A program made the translations under genes and the position numbers. A stretch of 64,000 bases of DNA, from positions 5,022,001 through 5,086,000 of the forward strand of contig OX597816.1 in NCBI GenBank assembly GCA_951406725.2, given 5' to 3'. The notes under the pieces were generated by a model. It searched no databases. It was not told where the DNA came from and saw only the letters and a list, made by a program, of their open reading frames with translations. Source of the stretch: Octopus vulgaris. Lineage: Eukaryota. This document shows positions 63,086 through 64,000 of this stretch, in pieces; within the stretch, counting starts at the first letter, position 1; every line of letters begins with the position of its first letter.

Positions 63086-64000
63086 GTCATTATTCAGTTT
63101 ATTTCAAGGTTTCTTGGGCATAGAGAAAGAACCGGTTTCTAACCTAGATCAAGGTTCCTTCATTGGAATTTCAACATCATAAACAGGATATTTTTGTATG
63201 TTTTTTTGTATGTATGTATGTATGTATGTATGTATGTATGTATGTATGTTTGTATGTATGTGCAGGTTTGTATGTTTTGCTTTATGTATGTATTCTCATG
63301 CATATAGCTACATATCTAGACATGCTCATATATATATTTAAATGATAAACTTACGGAAAGTTTTTACAGATCTTTACAGTTCCAGTGATGGATTGGATCT
63401 GTAGTCTTCGAATCAGCTTTCTCCTTTCTTGTTTCGAGAAGCCTAATTTCTCAAGGTTGGTATTTAGGCAGTGTGTTACATATCCCAGGGCACCAATAAT
63501 TACTGGTATAAACCTGAACTTGTAATCTGGATAGAGTAACTGCAGATCTCTCAATAGTTCAGCATAGGTGTTCTCGTTTTCGCTGATCTTCACCTTTATG
63601 TTAACATCCACTGGGCAGCTAATTTCCACAACCGTGCTCAGTTTCTCTTCTCCATCCCAAATCATTATATCAGGTCTGTTGTGCTTATATTTTATTGAGG
63701 TCTTCACTGGGACATTCAACCAGTGGTTATGGCTTCTACCATATTGTGGATTCTTAATTCTTTGTGCTCGGGATTATCCATCCGACGGATTTCATTATAG
63801 AGTGTCCTAGCTACAACATAATGTCTCATCGATAGATAATATCGCGATGACATTTTCGGACAGCTGCTTATGATGTGGGTAATATCTTCAGTGTGAACTC
63901 CGCAAAGTCGGCATCGGTTGTCACATTTTACAGGTTTTCCCTTATCTCTATCCCTTTTGTGTATCAAGTATCTGGTTGATATTTCCTGCTGCGGGATTGC
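63086..64000 (-). mobile_element. Dong/R4-like RLE retrotransposon 3' part (CCHC knuckle + RLE + 3' UTR), runs off the window
   Basis: CRLCGVHTEDITHIISSC, RHYVVA, RPDIMIWD..VVEISCP, FIPVIIGALG, SITGTVKICK. Confidence 0.88.

Overview
AT-rich, repeat-saturated eukaryotic DNA. The tRNA-SINE repertoire and the density of (TA)n/(CA)n/(TACA)n/(GATA)n tracts point to an octopus (coleoid cephalopod) genome; this is inferred, not verified. The only convincing host coding sequence is two minus-strand, phase-1/phase-1 exons (33435-33653 and 8256-8552) of a follistatin-related FSTL1/4/5 (Mahya)-like gene, joined in frame across about 24.9 kb; its other exons were not found in the window. The remainder is apparently intronic mobile DNA: four or five SINE families, RLE-type non-LTR retrotransposons (Dong/R4-like, HERO-like), CR1- and RTE-like fragments, a decayed IR/DR Tc1 transposon, MITEs and a 13-copy, 155-bp SINE-derived array. 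The most notable signal is a tRNA-headed SINE whose 3' half matches the 3' end of a Penelope-like GIY-YIG retroelement fragment in the same window and carries a minimal type-I hammerhead ribozyme. It integrates as fold-back dimers inside 13-bp TSDs, which suggests a Penelope-mobilised ribozyme-SINE system. About 59.2-62.6 kb looks like low-quality consensus. Most ORF-track entries are microsatellite or SINE translation artefacts.
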